DNA of 20,000 bases from an uncultured virus (IMG/VR IMGVR_UViG_3300006055_000001) (lineage: Duplodnaviria > Heunggongvirae > Uroviricota > Caudoviricetes): IMG/VR virus record IMGVR_UViG_3300006055_000001; one strand, given 5' to 3'. The notes under the pieces were generated by a model. The model had not been told where the DNA came from, ran no database searches, and was given only the letters and a program-made list of their open reading frames with translations. Position 1 is the stretch's first letter; the number at the start of each line of letters is the position of its first letter. Of the stretch, positions 8,028-15,366 are shown one piece after another. Both the position numbers and the translations under genes were made by a program.

Positions 8028-9031
8028 GTTTTTCTCTTTTTACTGACCCCACTATGCTACCGGGGAACGGCCCTTATGAGCTGTTCGATCCTGGCTGGCT
8101 GGCTGCGCTGACCGGCTATCAGAATTTTCTTTCCCCTACTACACACCGGCCGATGCCCTATGGCGGCCTGGTGATCGACGTTCCGGATACCGTCAAGATT
8201 GCGCTCGCCGGCGATTGGGGAACCAACATGGCCCCAGCTACAGGTTCCATTCGCGATCTAATTATTTCTGAAGACTGCGATTATACTTTGCACCTCGGCG
8301 ACACATACTACAGCGGGACGTGTGAAGAGAACGAGGCATTTGCGGCGATGTGGCCCGAGGGCTCGCGCGGTTCGTTTAATCTTACGTCGAACCACGATTT
8401 TTACGCTGGCTTTACCGGATACCTGCAAACGCTCGCAGACCCCAAGTTCGCGGCGCAGGCGAACAACCCCTATTTCGCGTTGCGGAACCATAATTGGATC
8501 ATCATAGCGCTGGACACCGCATCCCACTCTCAGAGCTTCTTGTGCAAGGACGGCTTTCTGGACAATCGGCAACTCTTGTGGCTCAACCAGCTCGTGAAGG
8601 ACTCAGCACCGCGCGGCGTCATCCTGCTCTCGCATCACGACGGCTTCAACCTTGAAGCACTGGACGCGGAATGCCAAAATCCTCGGCCGAGGGGGATTTT
8701 ATATAAAAGTTTGTACGGACAGGTCGCACTGCCGTCTGACCGTCCATGTTTCTGGTACTGGGGACACGTACATTGTCCGATCGCATACCGCTACAATAAC
8801 GTGCGCGCCCGGTGCATAGGGCATGGCGGGATTCCCTATCTGCCATTCCCGGATTTTTACAAAGATTTCGGCGATAGTCTTGTTACCGTCGAATGGGTGG
8901 AAACTGACGCGGCTCGTGACGGCAACCCCCTCCGCGCGCCCAATGGATTCGCGGTTTTACGCATGGATGGACCTACAATCAGCGAGCAATTTGTTGATGA
9001 ATATGCTAGAAGTAGATGGTCTAACCCATGA
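8024..9031 (+). CDS. Calcineurin-like metallophosphoesterase
   Basis: Five metal-binding blocks in order: AGDWG, HLGDTYY, SNHD, LSHH, WGHVH. Confidence 0.9.
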   Translation: MSFSLFTDPTMLPGNGPYELFDPGWLAALTGYQNFLSPTTHRPMPYGGLVIDVPDTVKIALAGDWGTNMAPATGSIRDLIISEDCDYTLHLGDTYYSGTCEENEAFAAMWPEGSRGSFNLTSNHDFYAGFTGYLQTLADPKFAAQANNPYFALRNHNWIIIALDTASHSQSFLCKDGFLDNRQLLWLNQLVKDSAPRGVILLSHHDGFNLEALDAECQNPRPRGILYKSLYGQVALPSDRPCFWYWGHVHCPIAYRYNNVRARCIGHGGIPYLPFPDFYKDFGDSLVTVEWVETDAARDGNPLRAPNGFAVLRMDGPTISEQFVDEYARSRWSNP

Positions 9032-9759
9032 TCGGCATTTATCAAATCGTCAACTCCCAGAACGGAAAACGCTATATCGGCTCGTCAGTTCGTGTAGAGG
9101 CGAGATGGAGCGAACATCGCCGTAGGCTAGGGCGGGGTATTCATCATTCTGACTATCTCCAGCACGCTTGGAATCTTTACGGTTCCGGAGTGTTCTACTT
9201 TGAACTCTTAGAAGAGACAAGCAGAGAGTCCCTGCTCGTGCGCGAACAACATTGGATCGACCATTACGAAGCCTCGCGACTCGTTTATAACGTCTCCCTT
9301 ATTGCAGGGGCCTCAACGCGGGGACGCACTCTGTCGAAGGAACATCGCGCGAATGTCAGTAAGGCTCTCAAGGGTCGGCCTTGGACTCCTGCACGTAGAG
9401 CCAAGGCCGAAGTTAGTCCTGAGACAAGGGCAAAGCAGAGTGCAGTGCATAAAGGACGACCGTGGACCGAAGCGCGCCGCATCGCGGATAAGCCTCATTC
9501 GTTCACCGCCGAAGCGCGCGCCAAGTTGACGACTAGATTTAAGGGCAAACCGCTGGCTGCGGCAACTCGACTCAAACTAAGCATAATTGCACGAAATAGA
9601 CCACCCATATCGGCGGAAATACGCGCAAAGATGTCAGCCGCAAGTAAGGGCAGACCGAAAAGCCCCGAACACCGCGCGAAGCTTAGCTTGAATCTACAGC
9701 GCGCGCGCGAAGCCCAGCGAGCGAGTGGCGGGTTTCACGATTCGCGAGCAGTTGGTTGA
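9028..9759 (+). CDS. GIY-YIG homing endonuclease with NUMOD3-like DNA-binding repeats
   Basis: MIGIYQIVNSQNGKRYIGSS, LQHAWNLYG, REQHWID and YN. Repeats SKALKGRP, SAVHKGRP, SAASKGRPKSPEHRAKLS. Confidence 0.92.
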   Translation: MIGIYQIVNSQNGKRYIGSSVRVEARWSEHRRRLGRGIHHSDYLQHAWNLYGSGVFYFELLEETSRESLLVREQHWIDHYEASRLVYNVSLIAGASTRGRTLSKEHRANVSKALKGRPWTPARRAKAEVSPETRAKQSAVHKGRPWTEARRIADKPHSFTAEARAKLTTRFKGKPLAAATRLKLSIIARNRPPISAEIRAKMSAASKGRPKSPEHRAKLSLNLQRAREAQRASGGFHDSRAVG

Positions 9760-9794
9760 TGAAAGACGGCCATGCGGTCTGGCAGGCCTAGCGC

Positions 9795-10022
9795 CTAGTC
9801 CTTTTGAGCCTTGTCGTCGGCTGCGAGGGATTCTTCGAGACGCAGCGCCAGATCGACGCCGGCCTTCCACGTCATCGCTTCTCGCAGCGCCGCTATCCTC
9901 GCCAGCAGCTTCGGCGTTTCAGTAGCGAGAATCCGCACAGACTCAGACACGAAGCGCGGATCGGACTGCGCTATGTCTGCGTTCATCTTCTCTAGTCGCA
10001 CTTTTAATTCGGCATCTTTCAC
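9795..10022 (-). CDS. Small hypothetical protein of a modular LLARIAxLR / LAxDDxAQ family
   Basis: GTG start coupled to the upstream stop, with a GGAG RBS. Shares blocks with 10688-11116 and 11120-11374. Confidence 0.75.
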   Translation of the reverse strand: MKDAELKVRLEKMNADIAQSDPRFVSESVRILATETPKLLARIAALREAMTWKAGVDLALRLEESLAADDKAQKD

Positions 10023-10351
10023 GATTGGTTCTCCTTCGGCAGCGAGCAGACGGCTGCGGCGAGATTGAGAGCACGACCTTCTTTTGAAAGAAATCGTCCA
10101 CGCGCGAATAGATCACACCAAGCTGCATAATTGCCACTGTCAACCACGAAGTTCGCCATCGCCAGCGCAGCGGCGGGGTCGCCGAGGGGCGGGCAGGGAT
10201 TTTTCTGCGGAATTGAAAAACCACATTTTTTACAGTATGGCCGATAAGGTTCGCGTTTTTGTGGGTCGTAGAAATCGCCATCACACACCTGTCTGCGCTT
10301 CCACACTCCCACGCGTTCGCACGCCTCTTCCCAAGTCTCTTCGTTGTTCAT
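10019..10351 (-). CDS. Hypothetical protein with CxxC motif (110 aa)
   Basis: Likely start ATG 10351 (MNNEETWEEACER), ATGA-coupled to the upstream peptide. Confidence 0.65.
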   Translation of the reverse strand: MNNEETWEEACERVGVWKRRQVCDGDFYDPQKREPYRPYCKKCGFSIPQKNPCPPLGDPAAALAMANFVVDSGNYAAWCDLFARGRFLSKEGRALNLAAAVCSLPKENQS

Positions 10352-10425
10352 ACAGCAAACGCCGCGCATCCGATGCCGAAAGATGCCAGGGCGATGCCTA
10401 TCAGATCGTAAGTTGTTAGATTCAT
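10348..10425 (-). CDS. 25-aa hydrophobic peptide; not in ORF track
   Basis: MNLTTYDLIGIALASFGIGCAAFAV. TGATG overlap at the start and ATGA overlap at the end, exactly filling the gap. Confidence 0.6.
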   Translation of the reverse strand: MNLTTYDLIGIALASFGIGCAAFAV

Positions 10426-10691
10426 CAATCTTTCTCCGCGAGCCACTCGACGGCGGGCGTGTAGGCGACGCCATAATCAGCCTCGGTGTAGCAGCGCTCA
10501 ATAATTTCGCGCGCTTCGCCGAGGCGCTTCTTCGCCGCTTCAAACTTAACATTCAGCGCCTTGTACTCACTTGCTAACAACGAACCCGCCTCCACAATTG
10601 CAACGGTTCGCCGCTCAGCCTCTTCGAGCTTAGTTCTAAGAACGTCACACTCGGATTCAGCACGAACCCAGGGCTCAGGTCGGAGACTCAT
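10425..10691 (-). CDS. Hypothetical coiled-coil protein
   Basis: 88 aa, coupled at both ends. Confidence 0.7.
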   Translation of the reverse strand: MSLRPEPWVRAESECDVLRTKLEEAERRTVAIVEAGSLLASEYKALNVKFEAAKKRLGEAREIIERCYTEADYGVAYTPAVEWLAEKD

Positions 10692-11116
10692 GATTGGGCC
10701 TCGTCGTCGTCTGCGAGCAGGTCATTTAGATGCTTCGCAGCGCCAGTTTGTGGACACTGCGCGATACCGATCCGCAGCTCCGCTATTCTCGCCAGCAGCG
10801 CATCAATAGCGTCGGCGAGCGGAGCAAGTTTGTGATCGCATTTGAAGTCAGTATCATGCCGGCGCGCATCATCGGCGAGCTCCCGGTCTGCGGTGTGGTC
10901 GTCATTGCGTTGGCGAGCGCGATCCTCCTTCCAAGCGACGACATCGCCACAGATTTTGCAGGTGATGGTGATTGGTTGCTCAACTTCATCACACAGCCGG
11001 TCGATGGCGTCGGCAAGGGGGATAATCTCGTCTTTGTCGAGCGGGTTCTCGTCGAAAATTCGTAGTCGCGCGTCTTTCGCGAGCGCCCGGTCTGCGGCGT
11101 GATTGTTAGTCTGCAT
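10688..11116 (-). CDS. Modular hypothetical protein with internal duplication and CxxC motif
   Basis: Two copies of HxADRxLAxDAR...PLADAID. C-terminal LLARIAELR...LADDDEAQ. Confidence 0.75.
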   Translation of the reverse strand: MQTNNHAADRALAKDARLRIFDENPLDKDEIIPLADAIDRLCDEVEQPITITCKICGDVVAWKEDRARQRNDDHTADRELADDARRHDTDFKCDHKLAPLADAIDALLARIAELRIGIAQCPQTGAAKHLNDLLADDDEAQS

Positions 11117-11119
11117 CGG

Positions 11120-11374
11120 TTACTCCTGCGCCTTGTCGTCGGCTGCGAGGGCGTCTTCGATTAACACCGGCTCATAGATGCCGCGACTGAGTAGGTCGTG
11201 CAAAGCATCTCGCAGCGCCGCTATTCTCGCCAGCAGCTTTGGCGTCTCGTTGCAGGCGACAATTAGGTACAGCGAATCAACATCGTCATAATTGGTGTTT
11301 ACTAAGTCACATTGCCAAGGTAGAGGCAACACCGTAGCCTTCTCTGCGAGTGCTTTCAGGTCGGCGTCTTTCAT
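11120..11374 (-). CDS. Small modular protein (Ead/Ea22-like flavour)
   Basis: Start ATG 11374 (MKDADLKALAEKAT..PW...IVACNETPKLLARIAALR), ATGA-coupled to the upstream gene. Confidence 0.7.
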   Translation of the reverse strand: MKDADLKALAEKATVLPLPWQCDLVNTNYDDVDSLYLIVACNETPKLLARIAALRDALHDLLSRGIYEPVLIEDALAADDKAQE

Positions 11375-11682
11375 CGCCTTCTCCATACTGCAGCCAACTT
11401 CCCGCTGGCATTCGGCCTTCTATCGCCGGTATCGATGATAAGTCCCAGATGCGCCAATTCAGTCAGGCGCGGCCGGATTGCCAGCCGGTCTATGCTTAGG
11501 TATGCCGCGATCTCATCCGCCGTCATGTCATGGTCGGCCAAGGCTTCTAGCACAAGGCGCTGGAGGCTTAACCCAGAGACGACCTGCGGCATCGCCGCCT
11601 TACTCGTATCCGTGGTCGCGTGGCGGCGCGTCAGGAGCGGCAACTGAGGCGTCGAGACAGGCTTTTGCCAGCGGCGGGTCAT
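11371..11682 (-). CDS. Winged-helix DNA-binding protein
   Basis: VLEALADHDMTADEIAAYLSIDRLAIRPRLTELAHLGLIIDTGDRRPNASGKLAAVW. Confidence 0.8.
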   Translation of the reverse strand: MTRRWQKPVSTPQLPLLTRRHATTDTSKAAMPQVVSGLSLQRLVLEALADHDMTADEIAAYLSIDRLAIRPRLTELAHLGLIIDTGDRRPNASGKLAAVWRRR

Positions 11683-11969
11683 GCGTTGGGCTCATATTTC
11701 GGACAACGGCAATCCTCACCATAAAAACAAGCCCCATAAGGATCGGGATCGCCGTGAAAGCCGCCCGCGTGACCGCATAGACAAAGCATGCCTCCTTGTG
11801 CCCTTTCCTTGACTGCGCATTTCTTGCAAACATCTTCGCGCGCGCCATCAGGCTGTTGGTGGCATTCGGCTGCCGTTAAGTCGCGAAAGCACAAGCAGCA
11901 AACCAAGCAACGGTGCTCGCTTTGCTTCCTGCCGTGAAACGCGCAAACCGGATCAGGGTGCCAGGTCAT
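11679..11969 (-). CDS. Cys/His-rich hypothetical protein (putative Zn-binding)
   Basis: Many Cys/His motifs, including CLCGH...H...C...CRCPKY. ATGA-coupled at both ends. Confidence 0.65.
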   Translation of the reverse strand: MTWHPDPVCAFHGRKQSEHRCLVCCLCFRDLTAAECHQQPDGAREDVCKKCAVKERAQGGMLCLCGHAGGFHGDPDPYGACFYGEDCRCPKYEPNA

Positions 11970-12085
11970 CTCGACCTCCAGACAACCCAGCCCCAGCGTA
12001 ACGAAAATTCCAGGACCATGCCGGCGCAGGCTACCAAGCCGATGATGGCCAGATCGCGGACGACGGTGGTAAGGACGAGGACCAT
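11966..12085 (-). CDS. 39-aa membrane peptide; not in ORF track
   Basis: MVLVLTTVVRDLAIIGLVACAGMVLEFSLRWGWVVWRSR. TAATG and ATGA overlaps fill the gap exactly. Confidence 0.6.
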   Translation of the reverse strand: MVLVLTTVVRDLAIIGLVACAGMVLEFSLRWGWVVWRSR

Positions 12086-12354
12086 TATGGCTTGTCTCCC
12101 CCGCAGACTAGTTTCGCGGCCTCATGCTCGACTTCCAAGGCGGCGATTCGGCCGGCGTAGAACCGGGCGCGCTCGAGCTGGCCCAGTACGACACAACAGG
12201 CGCATCTAAATTCGTAGCGCAGCGGTCCCTTGAACAAGCTCCAAATTTCCGTAGCCGGGTGCTGTCCGCAGGCGGCGCAAGGGCCGGTCGGGCGATACAT
12301 CGCGAAATCATCAGTTTCGCCGGTCTCCTGATTTACGATGTCAGCCATCTTCAA
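12085..12354 (-). CDS. Hypothetical Zn-binding protein
   Basis: CAACGQHPA...CACC. Overlaps the bet stop codon. Confidence 0.65.
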   Translation of the reverse strand: MKMADIVNQETGETDDFAMYRPTGPCAACGQHPATEIWSLFKGPLRYEFRCACCVVLGQLERARFYAGRIAALEVEHEAAKLVCGGDKP

Positions 12355-13232
12355 TCCTGCCCAGGCTCCCGCGCGCCGTCCTGGAAGGTATCGGCGGGGT
12401 CAGGATCCTGCGTCTCTTCGCCACGGCCCATCGTGAGCAGTTCTCCCATGAGGGTCGCGTAGCCCGCTGCCTTCAGCTCTGCCCCGCGCTTGGCTCCAGC
12501 CGCATCTAGTCTCGTCGCGATCCACGCCTTGGCATCGTCTACACCTAACTTTGACTTTGCGGCGGCGACTAGCGCCCTCCACTGCTCAGGGGTGATGGTA
12601 TCTGTGGGCTGTTGGCGGTCGCCGGCAGGCATCTCCGTCGCGGGCGTTTCTGCTTGCGACATTTCCTCTGCCGAATAGAGACCCGACAGCTCGGCCGGGA
12701 ATCCCTTGCGGAGCGATAGCATCTCGGCGCATTTGGCGAGCATCAGGGCGCCCATCTTGAGCCACATTGAGGTCGGCGCACCGTCCCGCTTTTTCTGGCA
12801 GTAGGCGTCCCATGTCGCCACTGACCAGAGCGGTTCCTTGAAATCGGAGCGCAGGATAGCGACCTTGGCGGCGACCGGATGTTCAGCCGCTAGCCAGACA
12901 TCGACCCATTCCTTGCCGTCGCCGGTCCAGAGAGGTCCGACCTGTCCTGCGTACTTGCCGCTGCGTTCGGCAACCAGGCGCGCGCCGTCGATTGACACCT
13001 GGGTCTGCATAACCTCGCGCTGCTGAGTCGAGTCCCATCGCTTGATTGCGTAAATCTGGCGCGCGAAGGGATCGAGCTGTGTTCGGTTGCATATCGAGAT
13101 AAAGAGCTGAAGTTCGTCATTCGTCGCGCCTTTTGCGATCGTGCGCTTGATGAGTTCCACCTGATCGTGGCCGAGCAACCTTCCGGGCTCGACGTGATTG
13201 TGGCCGAGCGTTGCGAGTGCGTTACTTTCCAT
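12351..13232 (-). CDS. bet: Phage single-strand annealing protein, Bet/RecT family
   Basis: IKRTIAKGATNDELQLF..C....LDPFARQIY, QVSIDGARLVAERSGKYAG and MLAKCAEMLSLRKGFP.ELSGLYSAEEM are hallmark Red-beta motifs. Confidence 0.93.
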   Translation of the reverse strand: MESNALATLGHNHVEPGRLLGHDQVELIKRTIAKGATNDELQLFISICNRTQLDPFARQIYAIKRWDSTQQREVMQTQVSIDGARLVAERSGKYAGQVGPLWTGDGKEWVDVWLAAEHPVAAKVAILRSDFKEPLWSVATWDAYCQKKRDGAPTSMWLKMGALMLAKCAEMLSLRKGFPAELSGLYSAEEMSQAETPATEMPAGDRQQPTDTITPEQWRALVAAAKSKLGVDDAKAWIATRLDAAGAKRGAELKAAGYATLMGELLTMGRGEETQDPDPADTFQDGAREPGQD

Positions 13233-13429
13233 TAGCTTTCCCTCTTGGCCTTTGCCAGCCGATAGATTGAGCGCATTTCTTGATCAGTTATTTCGTCGCG
13301 CGTGTTTGAGACGGGTCCGTCAGCAGCCGCACAGCGATTGTCAACAATTTCAATAATTTCCGCGATTAGCGCCAGTCGTGCGAGCGCATGCCCTAAATCC
13401 TCGGTCAGATAATCAAGCTTCGTTTTCAT
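13232..13429 (-). CDS. Hypothetical protein
   Basis: 65 aa, TAATG overlap with bet. Confidence 0.65.
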   Translation of the reverse strand: MKTKLDYLTEDLGHALARLALIAEIIEIVDNRCAAADGPVSNTRDEITDQEMRSIYRLAKAKRES

Positions 13430-13646
13430 CGGCCTGCTCTACATAAGCTCCGGGCTTGCATGTCTCCCAGCCGCCGTCATGATGGTCAGTGTGGCAATTG
13501 TCGCACCACGCCCGATGTCCTTCACAGACCGGGCACTGATGCAGATTCATTCGATTGCCGGGACCAAGCGCGAGAATATCCGCATCGCCGCGCTGGAACT
13601 TTTGGCATGGCTGGTCACCGGTGGCAAAACGCAAGCTAGGTTTCAT
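13413..13646 (-). CDS. Hypothetical Cys/His-rich protein
   Basis: AAGGAGGAG RBS. CPVC...WCDNCHTDHH. Confidence 0.7.
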   Translation of the reverse strand: MKPSLRFATGDQPCQKFQRGDADILALGPGNRMNLHQCPVCEGHRAWCDNCHTDHHDGGWETCKPGAYVEQADENEA

Positions 13647-14001
13647 CGCTTTTCTCCTCCTTCGATTTGAGAATTGAATCGTAAAGCTCGGGTGAGCGGC
13701 CTAGATGCCGATTCCACGCCTCGAGGTCGCGCTGATTGCATGGCTGGCACCTGTCATCCCAGCCACGGTCCCGACGGCGCTGGTGCATCTCGGGCTCGTG
13801 CGGATTGGCGCAGGCGAACAGGGTACCGCAGTCGGTACAAGTGCTGTCGTGGGTGAGGGCTGTGTTGGCGGGAGGCCGATTCCCCGCCGGCTCGGAAGGG
13901 GAGGAATTTTCCGAGGTTACTGACTCAGCCCCAGTCGCCGCAGGGGAGGAGGCCTGCGGCTTGGGGGTCGGCGGAGTCTTGCGCGCCTTGATCATTCCCA
14001 T
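13636..14001 (-). CDS. Hypothetical protein with low-complexity N-half and CxxC...CxxC C-half
   Basis: CTDCG...CQPC. The N-half coincides with a hairpin array. Start 14001 or 13995. Confidence 0.55.
   Translation of the reverse strand: MGMIKARKTPPTPKPQASSPAATGAESVTSENSSPSEPAGNRPPANTALTHDSTCTDCGTLFACANPHEPEMHQRRRDRGWDDRCQPCNQRDLEAWNRHLGRSPELYDSILKSKEEKSDET
13867..13978 (-). ncRNA. Candidate cuckoo/CcsR-like structured RNA: three tandem hairpins with CCUCC motifs
   Basis: Minus strand reads GCCGCAGG-CCUCCUCC-CCUGCGGC (13960-13937), CUCGGAA-AAUUCCUCCCC-UUCCGAG (13915-13891) and GGCGGG-GAAUCGGCCU-CCCGCC (13888-13867). Confidence 0.5.
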
Positions 14002-14004
14002 TTC

Positions 14005-14409
14005 CTATGCTTCCAGTTGAATCCGTATTTTCCCAATGCCGTTGTGCCGCCCAGGGATTGGCATCAGGCCCTTTCCTTCCGCGATCCACGCGCGAACATT
14101 TACGGAAGGCCAGCCCAACTCCGCGCAAATATCTGTGAAGCTAAAGCCGCACCCGGACGCATCGGACGCCAGCCATTCGACCGCCTCCTTGAGCGCAAGT
14201 CGCCAGCCGCGCTCCTTGACGCCGCCACCTTGCGCAACAGCAATCGCGTCGGCTAACACAGCGAACTTCAGGCGTCGTTCGCCGCACGGTTCCGTCGGCG
14301 TATTCATCGCCGCGTATTGAGCGGCAGTGATAATGTCGGGGAGGCTATCGGGGACCGGGTTATACTTACTCGTCCTGCCTGCTGAGAGGGCTTCGGGTAT
14401 GGTGTTCAT
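14005..14409 (-). CDS. Uncharacterised protein with ERRL..AVL.DA...A.EW......FSF.DIC..LG signature (possible HTH-like regulator)
   Basis: GAGGAG RBS. GERRLKFAVLADAI...EAVEWLASDASGCGFSFTDICAELG. Confidence 0.75.
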   Translation of the reverse strand: MNTIPEALSAGRTSKYNPVPDSLPDIITAAQYAAMNTPTEPCGERRLKFAVLADAIAVAQGGGVKERGWRLALKEAVEWLASDASGCGFSFTDICAELGWPSVNVRAWIAEGKGLMPIPGRHNGIGKIRIQLEA

Positions 14410-14846
14410 CTGTTCTCCTCATAGGGATTCTCGCGGACGAGGCGGCGCACCAGATCGTCGGCAGCATGCCTATCTGTCTCCCCGAAGCATGCGCACATCG
14501 ACACCAGCGCGTGGCAGACAGTGCAGGGATCGCCTATCTTGGAGACTGGCGCTCCTCGGCGCAGAAGTTCCGCAACCTGTGCGGCGCACTTCTTGTTCTC
14601 CTCGACAAGCAGATTAACTTCGCGGACCAGTTGTCGATTCTTTAGATCGCGGTCTGCGACTATTCGATCGGCCTTGATGCCGTTCGAGGCAATCCGACAC
14701 TCTTCCGAACAGCACCAGTCGCCCTCCACGTCGGGGAAGTCCTCACCGAGGCCATCGGACTCGCCATCGCACTCGAAAGTCGGCTGATGGTAGCGTCCGC
14801 AACATTCGCCGCAGACAGGACAGTTAATTGGTTGTGGCTTCGCCAT
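14406..14846 (-). CDS. Cys-rich hypothetical protein with central coiled coil
   Basis: CPVCGECC, WCCSEECR and CTVCH. GGAGG RBS. Confidence 0.7.
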   Translation of the reverse strand: MAKPQPINCPVCGECCGRYHQPTFECDGESDGLGEDFPDVEGDWCCSEECRIASNGIKADRIVADRDLKNRQLVREVNLLVEENKKCAAQVAELLRRGAPVSKIGDPCTVCHALVSMCACFGETDRHAADDLVRRLVRENPYEENR

Positions 14847-15117
14847 GATTGGCCTCCATCTCCTTGATTGCCCGCGCGCATTCCGCGCAGAGATATCGTC
14901 GCCTCGGCCTCACTATCCCGCTGATGTGCCAGTCGATCGGCGTGCCCTGCCGGCGCGAGATAGCGCCGACGCATCGGGCGCAGTCTGTGTCGCGAGCGTT
15001 GGCCGAGCCGGTGTCGGCATGGCCGTCGAAGACGCGCACGCGGTGGTCAGACAGTTCGCGGTCGAATTGCCTTGTCGCAGCCTTGCGCATCGCGCCGCTA
15101 TTGGTTGGTTCGTTCAT
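14824..15117 (-). CDS. Hypothetical Zn-binding protein, first gene of the leftward operon
   Basis: GGAGGAGAG RBS before ATG 15117. CARC...LCAECA. Confidence 0.65.
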   Translation of the reverse strand: MNEPTNSGAMRKAATRQFDRELSDHRVRVFDGHADTGSANARDTDCARCVGAISRRQGTPIDWHISGIVRPRRRYLCAECARAIKEMEANHGEATTN

Positions 15118-15138
15118 GCCTCTCTCCTCCATGCGCCA

Positions 15139-15205
15139 TATATACCTCTCTGGGTGTCACCTGTCAAGGGGGTATTTGACAAGGGATGCGGCATGGGTTT
15201 ATAGT
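15139..15205. promoter_or_regulatory. Back-to-back divergent sigma70-type promoters
   Basis: Rightward: TTGACA 15176-15181, 18 bp, TATAGT 15200-15205. Leftward: TTGACA (TGTCAA 15162-15167), 17 bp, TATATA 15144-15139. Confidence 0.75.
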
Positions 15206-15214
15206 GGCGGCAAG

Positions 15215-15358
15215 ATGGGGATGGTGAAAAAGACGGTGATGGTTTTCCGGTGCTCGCGCTGCGGCCATGAGTGGGAGCCGAGAAACTTAGCCCGTGAGCC
15301 GCGCATCTGTCCTGCCTGCAAATCTGCGTACTGGAACGTGCCGCGAAAGAAGAAGTAA
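15215..15358 (+). CDS. 47-aa Zn-ribbon protein
   Basis: MGMVKKTVMVFRCSRCGHEWEPRNLAREPRICPACKSAYWNVPRKKK, directly downstream of the rightward promoter. Confidence 0.8.
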   Translation: MGMVKKTVMVFRCSRCGHEWEPRNLAREPRICPACKSAYWNVPRKKK

Positions 15359-15366
15359 TCACGCCG

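Noticed and set aside
9028..9759. Group I intron carrying the GIY-YIG gene
   Set aside because: The upstream phosphoesterase appears complete, the endonuclease is ATGA-coupled to it, and only about 35 bp separate it from the convergent gene.
9760..9794. Bidirectional intrinsic terminator at the convergence point
   Set aside because: No convincing stem with a U-tract on either strand.
9808..11248. CRISPR-like repeat-spacer array
   Set aside because: The repeats are of two different types, in frame within coding genes, irregularly spaced and non-palindromic. No cas genes are present.
14849..15214. Long N-terminus for the + strand ORF 14849-15358
   Set aside because: It runs antisense to 14824-15117 and through the promoter region. 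Only the 47-aa Zn ribbon from 15215 looks real.
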